Assembly (NCBI GenBank): GCA_965217865.1
Contig: CBDCJO010000002.1
Coordinates: forward strand, 4,256,001 to 4,320,000
DNA: 64,000 nt
Reading direction: 5' to 3'
From: Candidatus Latescibacterota bacterium
GTDB lineage: Bacteria; Latescibacterota; UBA2968; SICM01
Shown here: one piece after another, positions 9,469-19,832 of the stretch
Numbering within the stretch: position 1 is the first letter of the stretch
Layout: every line of letters starts with the position of its first letter
Program-made: the position numbers and the translations under genes
Notes under the pieces: model-generated
Database searches by the model: none
What the model was told of the DNA's origin: nothing
What the model saw: only the letters and a program-made list of their open reading frames with translations

Positions 9469-10220
9469 CATCCGCTGGATTTTTCGTCCTCCCCAACGAC
9501 GTCTCGGGCGATCGAATCACCCTGCGTGAAGAAGAGGCGCATCACGCCAGTCGCGTCTGTCGTTGCCGTATCGGGGATCGCATCGACGCAACCGATGGGA
9601 TCGGAGCCTTCTATCGCTGCCGGGTATCGAAAATCTCCCCGGATCTCCTCCAGGCCGAGATCCTTGAGCGGTTTCCCGAACACGGAGAACCCCGGATCCT
9701 GCTCGTCCTCGCCATCCCTCCCCTGAAAGGGGAGCGTTTTGACTGGCTCGTGGAGAAGGCGGTGGAGGTGGGCGCGGCGAAGATCATCCCGATCTCCACG
9801 GAGCGCACGGTCGTAGAGGCCGGCCATCGGCGCGATCGCTGGATGCGGGTGGCTTTATCCGCGACAAAGCAAGCCCGGCGGTCCCGATTGACAGAAATTT
9901 CGGAAGTTCGACCTTATCCGGAAGCCCTGAGTGAATTGGCAGGCCAGGTGGATCTGGTCCTCCTGGCCTGTGAAGATCCGGAGGATTCTGACGATCTGAG
10001 GAAGGGGGTTTCTTCCGCTGCAGTTTCCTCATTGGGAATCCTGGTCGGTCCGGAAGGGGGGTTTACCCGAAAAGAGATAGATGCCGCCCGATCCATCGGT
10101 GCCCGTCCCTTCTCCCTGGGACCACAGCGACTCCGGACTGAAACCGCTGGTGTCGTGGCCGTTGCATTGGCCCTTAGCGAATTCAGCAAAATCGACTCCC
10201 GTGAGGGCCCTACTTCTTGA
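9435..10220 (+). CDS. rsmE: 16S rRNA m3U1498 methyltransferase (start uncertain)
   Basis: HHASRVCR, EKAVEVG, VGPEGGFT, LGPQRLRTETA; follows prmA. Confidence 0.93.
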   Translation: MDRDGRRKGRVTSAGFFVLPNDVSGDRITLREEEAHHASRVCRCRIGDRIDATDGIGAFYRCRVSKISPDLLQAEILERFPEHGEPRILLVLAIPPLKGERFDWLVEKAVEVGAAKIIPISTERTVVEAGHRRDRWMRVALSATKQARRSRLTEISEVRPYPEALSELAGQVDLVLLACEDPEDSDDLRKGVSSAAVSSLGILVGPEGGFTRKEIDAARSIGARPFSLGPQRLRTETAGVVAVALALSEFSKIDSREGPTS

Positions 10221-10248
10221 AGGCCCCTGTTTATTGCTCAACAATCCT

Positions 10249-10593
10249 ATGTCTGATTGTATTTTCTGTAAAATCGCAAATCATCAGATTCCTTCTAAAA
10301 TCGTTCTCGAAGACGATAACATCCTGGCCTTCGAGGATTTGAATCCTCAGGCCCCCGTTCACATCCTCCTGATACCTAAACGACATATCGCTCGGCTCAC
10401 GGACCTTAAGGAAGAAAACGGTCTGCTGATCGGAGGCATCGTCACCGCGGCCAACCAGGTCGCCGTCGACCGGGGAATTGCGCAGAGCGGTTACCGTCTG
10501 GTCGCCAATTGCAATGCCGACGGGGGCCAGACGGTAGATCACATCCATTTCCACCTGATGGGCGGACGCCGAATGAATTGGCCCCCGGGCTAA
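10249..10593 (+). CDS. Histidine triad (HIT/HinT) nucleotide-binding protein
   Basis: DCIFCKI, PQAPVHILLIPK, GQTVDHIHFHL. Confidence 0.95.
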   Translation: MSDCIFCKIANHQIPSKIVLEDDNILAFEDLNPQAPVHILLIPKRHIARLTDLKEENGLLIGGIVTAANQVAVDRGIAQSGYRLVANCNADGGQTVDHIHFHLMGGRRMNWPPG

Positions 10594-10623
10594 ACCGCGT
10601 TCTGCTGTTCGGAATCCACAACC

Positions 10624-11073
10624 ATGAGAATCCTTGTTATCCACGGACCCAACCTGAATCTTTTGGGGATCCGGGAGCCAGAAATTTACGGGGCAGATAC
10701 GCTGGATACGATCAACACGTCTATCCGAGATTTGGCCGGGGAGCTCGGAGTGGAAATCGAAATCGTTCAGTCCAACCACGAAGGTGAAATCATCGAGGCC
10801 ATCCAGAAAGCCCGTACCGTTTCACACGGAATACTGATCAACCCCGCCGCATTCACGCATTACAGCATCGCTGTGCGGGACGCCCTTGCCGCCGTCGGAC
10901 TCCCTGCGGTAGAGGTCCATCTCTCCAATATCCACGCCAGGGAGGCCTACCGTAATCATTCGATCACCGCCCACGTCTGCATCGGTGTCGCTGCCGGCTT
11001 CGGTGGATTCAGCTATCTCTTAGGTTTGAGAGGGCTCGTCAACTATCTGGGGGGAAAAAAGAACCGGAATTGA
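10624..11073 (+). CDS. aroQ: Type II 3-dehydroquinate dehydratase
   Basis: HGPNLNLLGIREPEIYG, QSNHEG, INPAAFTH, EVHLSNIHARE. Confidence 0.96.
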   Translation: MRILVIHGPNLNLLGIREPEIYGADTLDTINTSIRDLAGELGVEIEIVQSNHEGEIIEAIQKARTVSHGILINPAAFTHYSIAVRDALAAVGLPAVEVHLSNIHAREAYRNHSITAHVCIGVAAGFGGFSYLLGLRGLVNYLGGKKNRN

Positions 11074-12480
11074 GTTCCCCCACTTTCGAATTTGCTTATG
11101 AACTTATCCTATCCTATCTTATCTTTATCACATTGCTGATCCAGACCGCCTCGCCCTCTCATGGCCTTAAACATGGCGATCAGATCGTGGAGATCATCGG
11201 GGCGGATCAGGTCAATATTCGGGAGTGGTTGGGAACCGAATGGGAGATCTTGGCCAAGGTCCCCCGGGGTGACCGATTAAAAAGACTTGGGACCGAGCGG
11301 GGCTGGTATAATATTCTCTTGCCGGATGGGCGTGAGGGGTGGGTGCACGGTCGGTATGCCCGACCCGATCAATATATCGAAGTCTCGGCCCCCAAAGAGA
11401 TCCTGCTCGTCACCGCGGAGACCATCAACCTTCGTCAAAACCCTGCCACGGGTGCACCCGAGGTGACCCGGGCGAATAAGGGGGATGAACTCGGTTTTCT
11501 CTCGGAACGGAACAACTGGTATTTCATCCTAACTTCCGATGGCCGAAAGGCGTGGGTCCACAAGAACGATGTCGCCTTCCGATCGAAGGACCCGGAGGAT
11601 AAGCCGGGTGAACTTGAGCCTGTCGATGCTTCCCTGAAGGAGGACTCAAAAAAACCTGATCGATTTCAAGAGGGCATGGACCGCTTGAAGGCGGGAGACC
11701 ATCTGGGCGCTCTCCTCACGTTCCGGACACTCCTGAAGGATTTCCCGAATCACAGCGGGGCTCACTATCAAATTAGGAAGGATCCTGAAGCAAACCGGCC
11801 TGTTAGAAGAGGCCTTAGGCCACTTCGAACAGGCCTTGTCCGGAGACCCTGAAAAACCTGAAGCCCAGTTCCAGATCGACGAGCTTCGGCTGAGTCTGAA
11901 AACCGCTCCTGCAAAGCCCCCACCACCGAAGAGGCGTAAGGACTCTATCCTTCCGGGAGAGGAGTTCAAGCTCCTCCTCATGGGCGGCGGGCTGGCTTCG
12001 CTCATCTTTCTGACGATTCTTCTATGGGTTTATCTCCGGCGACGCAGGGCTCTGTTTGGGGGAAATGTTTTTGGATCTCCCCGTCGGGATAAAAACTTTC
12101 AGAAGACCCTGAAGGGAGTCGCCGAGAAGCGGCCATTGCTCCGAATTATTGAAGAGGCGGAAAAGAAGCAGGAGGCTGCGGAGGATCAAATTCGAAAAAA
12201 AGTCGAGGCTTTTGGGGGAGTCTCCGTAGAGGCGGGGGCTTCGCTGGGGTTGCCTGAGGCTGAACCGGTTCAGCCTTTGTTAAACAGAGTTGAGGAGATC
12301 CGGCAGGTGGTGGGTGAACAGGAGGACCGTGCCAGGATGTATTCGGATTTGATAAAACTGCAGAATGAAAAGATTGAGGCGCTGAACGATGAGATTGAGG
12401 CCTTGAAGAGGCTCGTCCAATTGAAATCGGAGCGGACCGAATCAAAGCCTAAAGGATCTCCCGAAACGCAGAAGGCCTAA
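11070..12480 (+). CDS. Membrane protein with two bacterial SH3 domains, a TPR, a TM helix and a coiled coil; split by a +1 frameshift at about 11770
   Basis: Two SH3b-like repeats (VNIR...GWY..GREGWV; INLR...NWY..GRKAWV). Removing one A gives continuous TPR HYQLGRILKQTGLLEEALGHFEQAL into ORF 11836-12480. Confidence 0.75.
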
Positions 12481-12515
12481 TATCCGTTCTTAGTCGGAAT
12501 TGAGGTAGGATTGCT

Positions 12516-12821
12516 ATGATCTGGCTTGGACTCACATTCCTCATGGTGCTCGCGGCGAAGTATTATTCCGCTGTTGCAGTCAAGCACCTGGAAACCCGAT
12601 TGAATGAGGCCAAGGACGGAATCGAAGAGGCCAAAGGACGCTTGAAGAAGGCCAGAGAACGTCAGGATTCTGCCAAAGATCAGGAAAAGAACCTGAGATT
12701 TCGAGCTGAACGATTGCAAGCCCTTATTCAGGACATGGAGGCCGACGTGCGCGCCCCCCGTCGGGTTGAGGAGGAATACGAAGAGGTCTCGAGGGTAAAG
12801 CCGCAAATCCGGGCCTCATGA
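12516..12821 (+). CDS. Hypothetical protein with N-terminal TM and coiled coil
   Basis: ORF with RBS-like GAGG; hydrophobic N-terminus then heptad-rich charged helix. Confidence 0.6.
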   Translation: MIWLGLTFLMVLAAKYYSAVAVKHLETRLNEAKDGIEEAKGRLKKARERQDSAKDQEKNLRFRAERLQALIQDMEADVRAPRRVEEEYEEVSRVKPQIRAS

Positions 12822-13836
12822 GAACAACCCGCGTAGTCCCTTTTTCTTCTTCGGCTGCTGCTTTTTCGCCGGTGGAGCAGTCTTCCCCCCCCCCCGTTCA
12901 CGGTAAACTTTCATCAATGCCCCGCCTCGTGTGCCGATCCGATCCAGCATTTTGCGGGCCCGATTTTTGTTCGCCGGATCCATTTCCTTGTCATTGACCA
13001 CGACCATGGCCTGCTTCATCCCCGCGTTGAAATAATATTTCGCCAGCTCATAGACCGGCTCCTCGTTGCCGATCACGTAGGCGCGGAAATTGACCTCACC
13101 GATCAACGCGAGAAGCTTTAGTTCCCCCTCCACCCCGATCTCCCGAACAAGCTTGTGTGCGGTTGCGTAGTATTTCCCGGCGGTCTTAAGGGCCTGAGCC
13201 TCGGAGAATACGATCGGGGGCTGCTCCGGCAGCGCGGGTTGAGCCGGGATCAGCTGGATATAGCTATCCTGGATGATTTTTAAGAGGGATTCGTGGTCGC
13301 TCCGCGGTATTTCTGACTTGAAGCGCTCCCGGTCGCGATATATCCAGGCGAGCCGGAGGTAGTACCGCGCGAGATCCCTGATCGAAGGGTTTCTCTTAAG
13401 GCACTCCGAATAGATGCCCAGGTAGAATTTGTTAATCGTGGATTCGTAAGGATAATCTGGGTCCAGGTCGTGACCCAGAGAGATCAGGGCCCCTTCGGAA
13501 TTCTTCAGCTCATCAATGTGGGTTTCAAGAACCCCTTCTAAAAAACCGTTGCGGAATTTCTCCTCGTTCTTCTCCCAGATTCGAAAGTCCTTATCGTCTA
13601 TCTCGGCTGTATAAAAGCAGGTTTCACAAACCGCCCAGAAAAACTGGAGCGGGTTGGTGTTCGAAAACGATTTGTTCTTCCAGATAATTTCCGTGGGATG
13701 TTCGTCCTCCTCCGTGGCGTTAATCCGGAAGGCGTCCCACGATAAACGTTCGTGGGTGTTTTGGTTGCCGCACCCCGGACACGAAATCTCGTATCCGCGG
13801 TATGGCAGATCATCACTGGGCCCCCCGCGAATCCAC
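12816..13836 (-). CDS. DUF2225-like Zn-ribbon/TPR-like protein (about 340 aa); start codon offset by one base
   Basis: The frame of ORF 12816-13133 stays open to about 13850: ISCPGCG...WAVCETCFYTA...LARYYLRLAWIYR. GTG at 13836 is in frame if one C is removed from the C6 run 13821-13826. TTGACA lies upstream at 13880-13885. Confidence 0.7.
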
Positions 13837-13891
13837 AGGACTTTCCCGCCTGTCTATTATTAACTCTCCCAATCCGCGTTGTCAAGTCTAA

Positions 13892-15302
13892 ATGGATAAT
13901 TTAAACGATCGAATCAAGGCCTATTTAACTGGCCGGCCGAGCGGGGCGTCCTCCGGGGAGATTATCGCAGAAGTCATGAAACTTCGCGGCGGGAACCCGG
14001 CGATTTTCGAACGGATCGTCCGGACTGCGCTTGACGGGGACATTCGATTCATCAAGGCCCCTGATGGTCGATGGCAGACCGTCCAAAAGCCATCGCCCAA
14101 TCAGATGATCTTCTCCGTCATCTCCCTGAGGGCCGACTCGGATCGGAACCGTTTGATTGAGATCGGGGCAGTCAGATTGTCGGAGGGTCGGGAATTTTTT
14201 CCGATCCGTAACCGATCTTCCGGAGGGGGATGGATCTGGGGCCCCGGAGGATGTTGTGTCCCCCCGCCAGGCGTTGGTGGAATTGGCGGAGTTTACTGCC
14301 AATTCCACGTGGGTCGCTGACGATCTTCGAGGCATGCTTTCCCTTCTGGACTGGGAGGCCCGTCGAACAGGGGCTCCCCGACCCCCTTCTGCAGGCCTTT
14401 CCCTCAGACGCCTCGGCCGGAGAATGTTCCCCCATATCCGGGTCCGTTCCGCGTGGGGGATGACCTCAACCCTGGGCGTCTCACACCGCGAACAGGGCCG
14501 TGCAGACCGGGAGGCAGAGGGGCTCTCTTCGATTCTATCCGCCCTCCTGGAGAAGTGTCGAAGCCGGGGAAAATCCCGTTTGGAGGAGATCCTCTCCATC
14601 CAGGAACCCGACCTGGAGGGCATCGATTTCAGTCGCTACGGGTTTGACCGGCCTTTTCTAAAGGGCCTACCTGAGAGCCCTGGAGTTTATAAGATGTTAG
14701 ACAAGGCAGGGGATGTTATCTATGTGGGAAAAGCGAACAGCCTGAGGGATCGGGTGGGGTGCTATTTTGGAAGAGCCTCGAAACGGTCTGAAAAGATGAC
14801 CAGGTTCCTTGATCGGCTCTACGATCTCCGGGTTGACGTGGTGGGTTCGGAACTGGAAGCCCTCCTCTTGGAAGGGCGGTTGATCCGTCGATACCAACCT
14901 GAATTTAACACCCAGCTGCAGGTACACGAAAGGCCTTCCTCCCTTTCGGTGAGGAACCAGGTGTTTGTACTGTCCTCAAAAATCGAGGGATGCGTAGAAC
15001 TATTTATGGTGCGGGAAGGGAAGGGACTGAGACAAATCAGGGCCCGCCAGGATCTTTCAGATATCGAAGGCGTGAGGGTGAGGTTTGAGGATCATTTTTG
15101 GGGCCGACCGGATAAGGCCGGCCTATCCGAAGAGGAGAAGGCGGATTCCGAAATCGGGGAATCCTGGCTAGCCTCCCGGGGGGAGGGGATCAACCGGTTG
15201 GATGTAAGCGGGGTCAAAGACTTTGAAGACGGGCTTCGTCTCTTGAAGGACTATATCGCAGGATGTGGTCCACCCGGGTCAGACCGGGTGATCTATGTAT
15301 GA
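13892..15302 (+). CDS. DnaQ-like (degenerate) exonuclease domain fused to a GIY-YIG (UvrC/Cho-like) nuclease; +1 frameshift at about 14195
   Basis: LPESPGVYKMLD..VIYVGKANSLRDRV..SELEALLLEGRLIRRYQPEFN; N-terminal RLIEIGAVRL and HR..RAD motifs. Confidence 0.8.
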
Positions 15303-15332
15303 TACCAGGGGCGGGCGCCGGAGCCTGACCCG

Positions 15333-16283
15333 TTATAACTCCAGTTCCATCCCTTCACACGCCAGCTCGACTTCGAAATCCCGTCCGGAGGAAACACGCT
15401 GCATGTAATCTCGGGCGTTGTGATACAGGTGCCACAGGCTTTCGTCGTCCATCACCGGGTTGTGATGGAAAAGGATAAGTTTTTTGACCTCGGATTGTAT
15501 CGCGATGTCGACTCCGATAAACGGGGTGCTGTGACCCCAATCGGCCTTCTCGAAAGACTCCTTCAGACCAAAATATGCATCGAAGACCAGGGCGTCGCAC
15601 CCGTGGAACTGGGAATAGTAGGGTTTCATATGATCGTCATCGAAGCGATTGTATGAGGAGTCGGATGCATAGATGAAGGTCTTTCCGCCGTGTTCGATCT
15701 TGTATCCAAAAGCGCGGCCTGGATGGTTAAGCTCAAACGGTTTTATCCGAACCTCGCCGAAACGCCGCTGTCGTCCATCCGTCAACTTTACAAACCGAAT
15801 ATCAGAGGCCATGATGTCCATCGGAACCGGGAAGTTGTAGGGATGATGCTGATTCTCGAATCGTTTTTTCAGGTCTTCGTGCACCCCATGAATGTTGATT
15901 CGATTACCCGGTATGAAGGCGGGAATGAAAAATGGGAATCCGCAAATATGGTCCCAGTGTGTGTGTGTCATGAAGACCTGAGCCAATCCCTTCCCTTGCC
16001 CGAATTCCTCAGACATCATGCGCATACCCAGACCCCGGATCCCCGACCCGCAATCCAATATGAAATGCTGGCCGTCGGCCTGCACCTCGATGCAGGAGGT
16101 GTTTCCGCCGATAGTCCCCCGTTTATGGAGGGGAAGCTTCGATACGTACCGGCGGACAGCCTTCGGCGTGTTGAGCTTTTTCCCCCTTGCCTCCAGAAGG
16201 GCACCCACGATCTTTTCTTCAACTTGGGCGGGGGTGATTGGGGCTGCGATCGATCCTCTTGCGCCCCAGAATTTGATCTTCAT
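15333..16283 (-). CDS. MBL-fold metallo-hydrolase (RNase Z/phosphodiesterase-like)
   Basis: FWGARGSI, GGNTSC, LDCGSG, THTHWDH, WGHST, LFHHNP. Confidence 0.9.
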   Translation of the reverse strand: MKIKFWGARGSIAAPITPAQVEEKIVGALLEARGKKLNTPKAVRRYVSKLPLHKRGTIGGNTSCIEVQADGQHFILDCGSGIRGLGMRMMSEEFGQGKGLAQVFMTHTHWDHICGFPFFIPAFIPGNRINIHGVHEDLKKRFENQHHPYNFPVPMDIMASDIRFVKLTDGRQRRFGEVRIKPFELNHPGRAFGYKIEHGGKTFIYASDSSYNRFDDDHMKPYYSQFHGCDALVFDAYFGLKESFEKADWGHSTPFIGVDIAIQSEVKKLILFHHNPVMDDESLWHLYHNARDYMQRVSSGRDFEVELACEGMELEL

Positions 16284-16369
16284 GTGGTTGATCCTAATGA
16301 ATTAAAGGGGGATTGGATCCCCAATCCCCTCGAAAAAAAGTTCAGAAAGCTCTCCATAATATAGTGAAA

Positions 16370-16398
16370 ATTGTAGGCCAGGATAAAGATTTTGTCAA
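16370..16398 (-). promoter_or_regulatory. Sigma70-type promoter for the MBL hydrolase
   Basis: Minus strand TTGACA-17 bp-TACAAT. Confidence 0.6.
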
Positions 16399-16538
16399 GT
16401 TTTTAGAAATAGCGCCTTGTTGATAGATCAGGACAGGTTTCTCCATCAGATTCGTTCTTCCGTATTCAAGATACCCCTTGCCATTCCCATAGAAAGTGAT
16501 CTGGCTCACATCACCAGATGCCCGGTCCTCGCGGAAAT

Positions 16539-18398
16539 TCATTCGGACCCAATCCGGTTCGTTGCGATTTTTAGGAACTCGTCCCGTACGGATCGCGCCA
16601 GTTCATCCGTTTTTCGCTTTGCCTTTTCCCGTACCTCCGCGTCCAGATTCCCGATGTCTGAATTTAACGAAATGTATAATTTGCACTTAGGCTCAGTTCC
16701 CGATGGACGGATCGCGATCTTCCCCCCCTTCGTATCGCCGTGGGGTCCCAGATGGAAAATCATCAGGTTGTCTCGTGCGAACCGCAATTGTTCAATGGCT
16801 TTTTCTGTCTTAGGATCTTTAATAGGGCCGAAGGGAAAAACGGATCCACGCTCGAGATCGTGTACCTTTTCGGTCCATCGATCTACGATTCGAGTGACCT
16901 CGAACCCTCCGATCCTCGAAGGCGGGTTCTCCCGCAGCACGCGCATCATTGTCCCGATCTCCTCCCCCCCGGACCTCCCCGGGCGAACGTAGCTTTCGAG
17001 GAGATCGGAAAAATAACCAAATCGGCGGTGGACTTGATCAAGCTGCCACCAGATATCTCTTCCCTCCGCTTTCAATCGGGCAGCCATTTCCGCCATCAGT
17101 AACGCAGCGTTTGCACCATCTTTATCCCGGATGTAAGGTCTGCTGAGATATCCGTGACTCTCTTCCGCTCCAAACAGAAACCGATCGGGATCATCAAGGT
17201 GCTTGATGACGCAGCCGATGTATTTGAACCCCACAAGGAGTTCACTCACCCGGCCCACCCCGAAATGAGCCGCGATTCGATCGATCAGGTCCGTTGTCAC
17301 AACCGTCTTTACAACAAGCCCATCACGTTCCAAACGGCCTTGCCTTTGGAGTTCATCAAGCACAAAATAACACAGGAGGGCCCCGATCTGATTGCCGTTC
17401 AGAATGGTCCATTCCCGACCGCCGTCCCCGCCTCGTGGGGCGGCACATCCCAATCGATCCGCGTCCGGGTCCGTCGCAATCGCAAGATCGGCATCCAGGG
17501 ACTCTGCCAGTTCCATGGGCTTTTTCATGGCCGAAGGGACTTCCGGGTTGGGAATTTGATTTTCAACCTCCGGAAAGTCGCCGTTTGGAGATCTCTGCTC
17601 TTCGACGACGTGGACATCCAGGAATCCCGCCATTTCCAGACCTGGCAAAACCGAACTCGCCCCGACCCCGTGGAGTGGGGAGTAAACTAACCGGACCTGG
17701 CGGGAGTGGGTCAGGGTCACACCCGATAGGGCCTTCAGATAAGCCCGGTCGACCTCCTTCCCTATGGTCTTGACGATCCCGCGACGCATTCCTTCTTCGA
17801 ATTCCATCATCGCAATCGGACCAGCACCTGCCTTTTGGACCTCCTCCATGACGACCGCATCGTCCGGCGGAAGGATCTGTTCCCCGTCTTCGGCATAGGC
17901 CTTGAACCCATTGTCCGATGGGGGGTTGTGGGATGCGGATATGACAATCCCCGCTTTGGCTTTAAGGTGCCTGACCGCAAAGGACAGCTCGGGGGTTGCG
18001 CGATGACCTTCAAACAGGAAGACTTGAACCCCCCTGGCCGCTATGGCCTGCGCACTGACCTTCGAAAACTCGGTTGAACCGTGCCTCGTATCGAATGCGA
18101 TAACGATCCCGCTACGCCTTGCCTCCTCCCCCTGATGAGCCACCCAGTTTGCAAGCCCTACCGCGGATTCCGCGATCGTACGATGGTTGATCCGGTTCGG
18201 GCCCAAACCCCGAGGCCCCCGTCTTCCCCCGGTGCCGAACGGGATCGTGGTATAAAACTCATCCTCCAATTCCTTCCAGGCGCTTTGATTGATCCTGGCC
18301 AGGATGTCGGATTTGAATTCGGAAAAAGCCCCGTCTGTCAACCAACGTCGCAAATACCCCATCGCCTCGGGGCTGAGATGCCCCTCCACCTTTAGCAT
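16539..18398 (-). CDS. Phosphoglucomutase/phosphomannomutase family phospho-sugar mutase
   Basis: FGTGGRRG, SASHNP, TDPDADR, GAEESHG, RPSGTEPK. Confidence 0.93.
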   Translation of the reverse strand: MLKVEGHLSPEAMGYLRRWLTDGAFSEFKSDILARINQSAWKELEDEFYTTIPFGTGGRRGPRGLGPNRINHRTIAESAVGLANWVAHQGEEARRSGIVIAFDTRHGSTEFSKVSAQAIAARGVQVFLFEGHRATPELSFAVRHLKAKAGIVISASHNPPSDNGFKAYAEDGEQILPPDDAVVMEEVQKAGAGPIAMMEFEEGMRRGIVKTIGKEVDRAYLKALSGVTLTHSRQVRLVYSPLHGVGASSVLPGLEMAGFLDVHVVEEQRSPNGDFPEVENQIPNPEVPSAMKKPMELAESLDADLAIATDPDADRLGCAAPRGGDGGREWTILNGNQIGALLCYFVLDELQRQGRLERDGLVVKTVVTTDLIDRIAAHFGVGRVSELLVGFKYIGCVIKHLDDPDRFLFGAEESHGYLSRPYIRDKDGANAALLMAEMAARLKAEGRDIWWQLDQVHRRFGYFSDLLESYVRPGRSGGEEIGTMMRVLRENPPSRIGGFEVTRIVDRWTEKVHDLERGSVFPFGPIKDPKTEKAIEQLRFARDNLMIFHLGPHGDTKGGKIAIRPSGTEPKCKLYISLNSDIGNLDAEVREKAKRKTDELARSVRDEFLKIATNRIGSE

Positions 18399-18408
18399 GG
18401 CTGAAGCC

Positions 18409-19788
18409 TCAGGTTTCACGAGGATCTTCCTCCAAAAGCTTTTCGACCTGGTCGCAGATGGACTTTGCCTCATGTTCGGCCGAAGCCTCTGCAACGATCC
18501 GAATAACCGGCTCTGTGTTGGATGCCCGTACGTGAACCCACGGGCAAGAACGGTACTCTCCCAGGTATAACTTGACGCCGTCTTCCACCGGCTCGACTGG
18601 TTGTCCCGAATACACCATCCGAACCTTTTCCACGAGATGATCGATAACGTCCGCCCGGGCGACGGCAACCTTTCGCTTTTCCATCACATATTTAGGATGG
18701 TCCTCTACGAGGGTCGATATGGCCCCTCCCTGTTCTGCCATCGCCATCAATACCAGGGCCATCCCGACAAGGGCGTCACGCCCCGGGTCGATTTCCTTGA
18801 CGATGACCCCCCCGTTGCCCTCACCGCCCACCACAGCATCCAGCTTGAGCATTTCCTCGACAACATGGACCTCCCCCACCTTTGTGGCCACAAACTTACA
18901 ATTGTATCTTGCGGCAGCGTCCGCGACGATCTGCGATGTCGAAAGCGTTGAAACCACGATTCCCTGTCGTGAGCGCAGGACCTGATCCACGGCGATGGCA
19001 AGGGTATAGTCCTCCCCCGGAGGGATCCCCGCCTCGGTAACGAGGGCCACCCGGTCCCCATCCGGATCGATTGCGAACCCTAAATCAGCGCCACCGCGCA
19101 CTACGGTGCTGCACAAATCTGTCAGGTTCTGGGGTAGGGGTTCGGGATTGTGGGGAAAGGCGCCATCGGGCAGGCAGTGAATCGGAAAGACTTCGCAGTT
19201 CAGTTGTTCCAGAAAGCGAACCCCCGCGATGGATCCGACACCGTTGCACGCGTCGAGCGCGACTCGAAACCTGCGGCGCCTAATCGGGGAGGTATCGAGC
19301 ACCTGAGAAAGCCGCTCGATGTGGAGTTCCAGACCCCTGCGATCGATCTCGATCGTTGTGGTCGCAGTTTGGTCCCGGAAGGTTCCTTTTTGATAAAGAC
19401 CTGAAACCTTCTCGCCTTGTGCCGCGTTCAGGAACACCCCATCGGAGCGAATCATCTTGAGACCGTTCCATTCGATAGGGTTGTGGGAAGCCGTGATCGC
19501 GATACCGCCGCCCGCCTTCAGGGTCGTCACCATGAATTTGATCGTGGGTGTGGGACATAAGCCGAGGTCGATCACGTTGCAACCCGTTGAGCACAGTCCT
19601 GCGAACACCGCGTCACGCATCATATCCCGAGAAGTGCGCGAATCGTTTCCCACCACCACCGTGGCGCCCGGAGGCAGCCATGTCCCGAAGGCCTGGGCAA
19701 ACCGGGTCACGACATCCGGCGTGAGAGACCTTCCCGCGATCCCGCGGATCCCGGAAATTCCGACCATCAAGGTGCTGTCTGCATCCAT
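18409..19788 (-). CDS. Phosphoglucosamine mutase-like phosphohexomutase
   Basis: GISGIRG, TASHNP, DPDGDR, GGEGNGG, RASNTEP. Confidence 0.88.
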   Translation of the reverse strand: MDADSTLMVGISGIRGIAGRSLTPDVVTRFAQAFGTWLPPGATVVVGNDSRTSRDMMRDAVFAGLCSTGCNVIDLGLCPTPTIKFMVTTLKAGGGIAITASHNPIEWNGLKMIRSDGVFLNAAQGEKVSGLYQKGTFRDQTATTTIEIDRRGLELHIERLSQVLDTSPIRRRRFRVALDACNGVGSIAGVRFLEQLNCEVFPIHCLPDGAFPHNPEPLPQNLTDLCSTVVRGGADLGFAIDPDGDRVALVTEAGIPPGEDYTLAIAVDQVLRSRQGIVVSTLSTSQIVADAAARYNCKFVATKVGEVHVVEEMLKLDAVVGGEGNGGVIVKEIDPGRDALVGMALVLMAMAEQGGAISTLVEDHPKYVMEKRKVAVARADVIDHLVEKVRMVYSGQPVEPVEDGVKLYLGEYRSCPWVHVRASNTEPVIRIVAEASAEHEAKSICDQVEKLLEEDPRET

Positions 19789-19832
19789 GGTGCAAGTCCC
19801 GTGGTCACCTAACAATCTTCACACGCCAATAT

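Noticed and set aside
16539-18668. 709-aa phosphomutase as called in the ORF track
   Set aside because: The N-terminal extension overlaps the upstream mutase gene; the ATG at 18398 fits the family.
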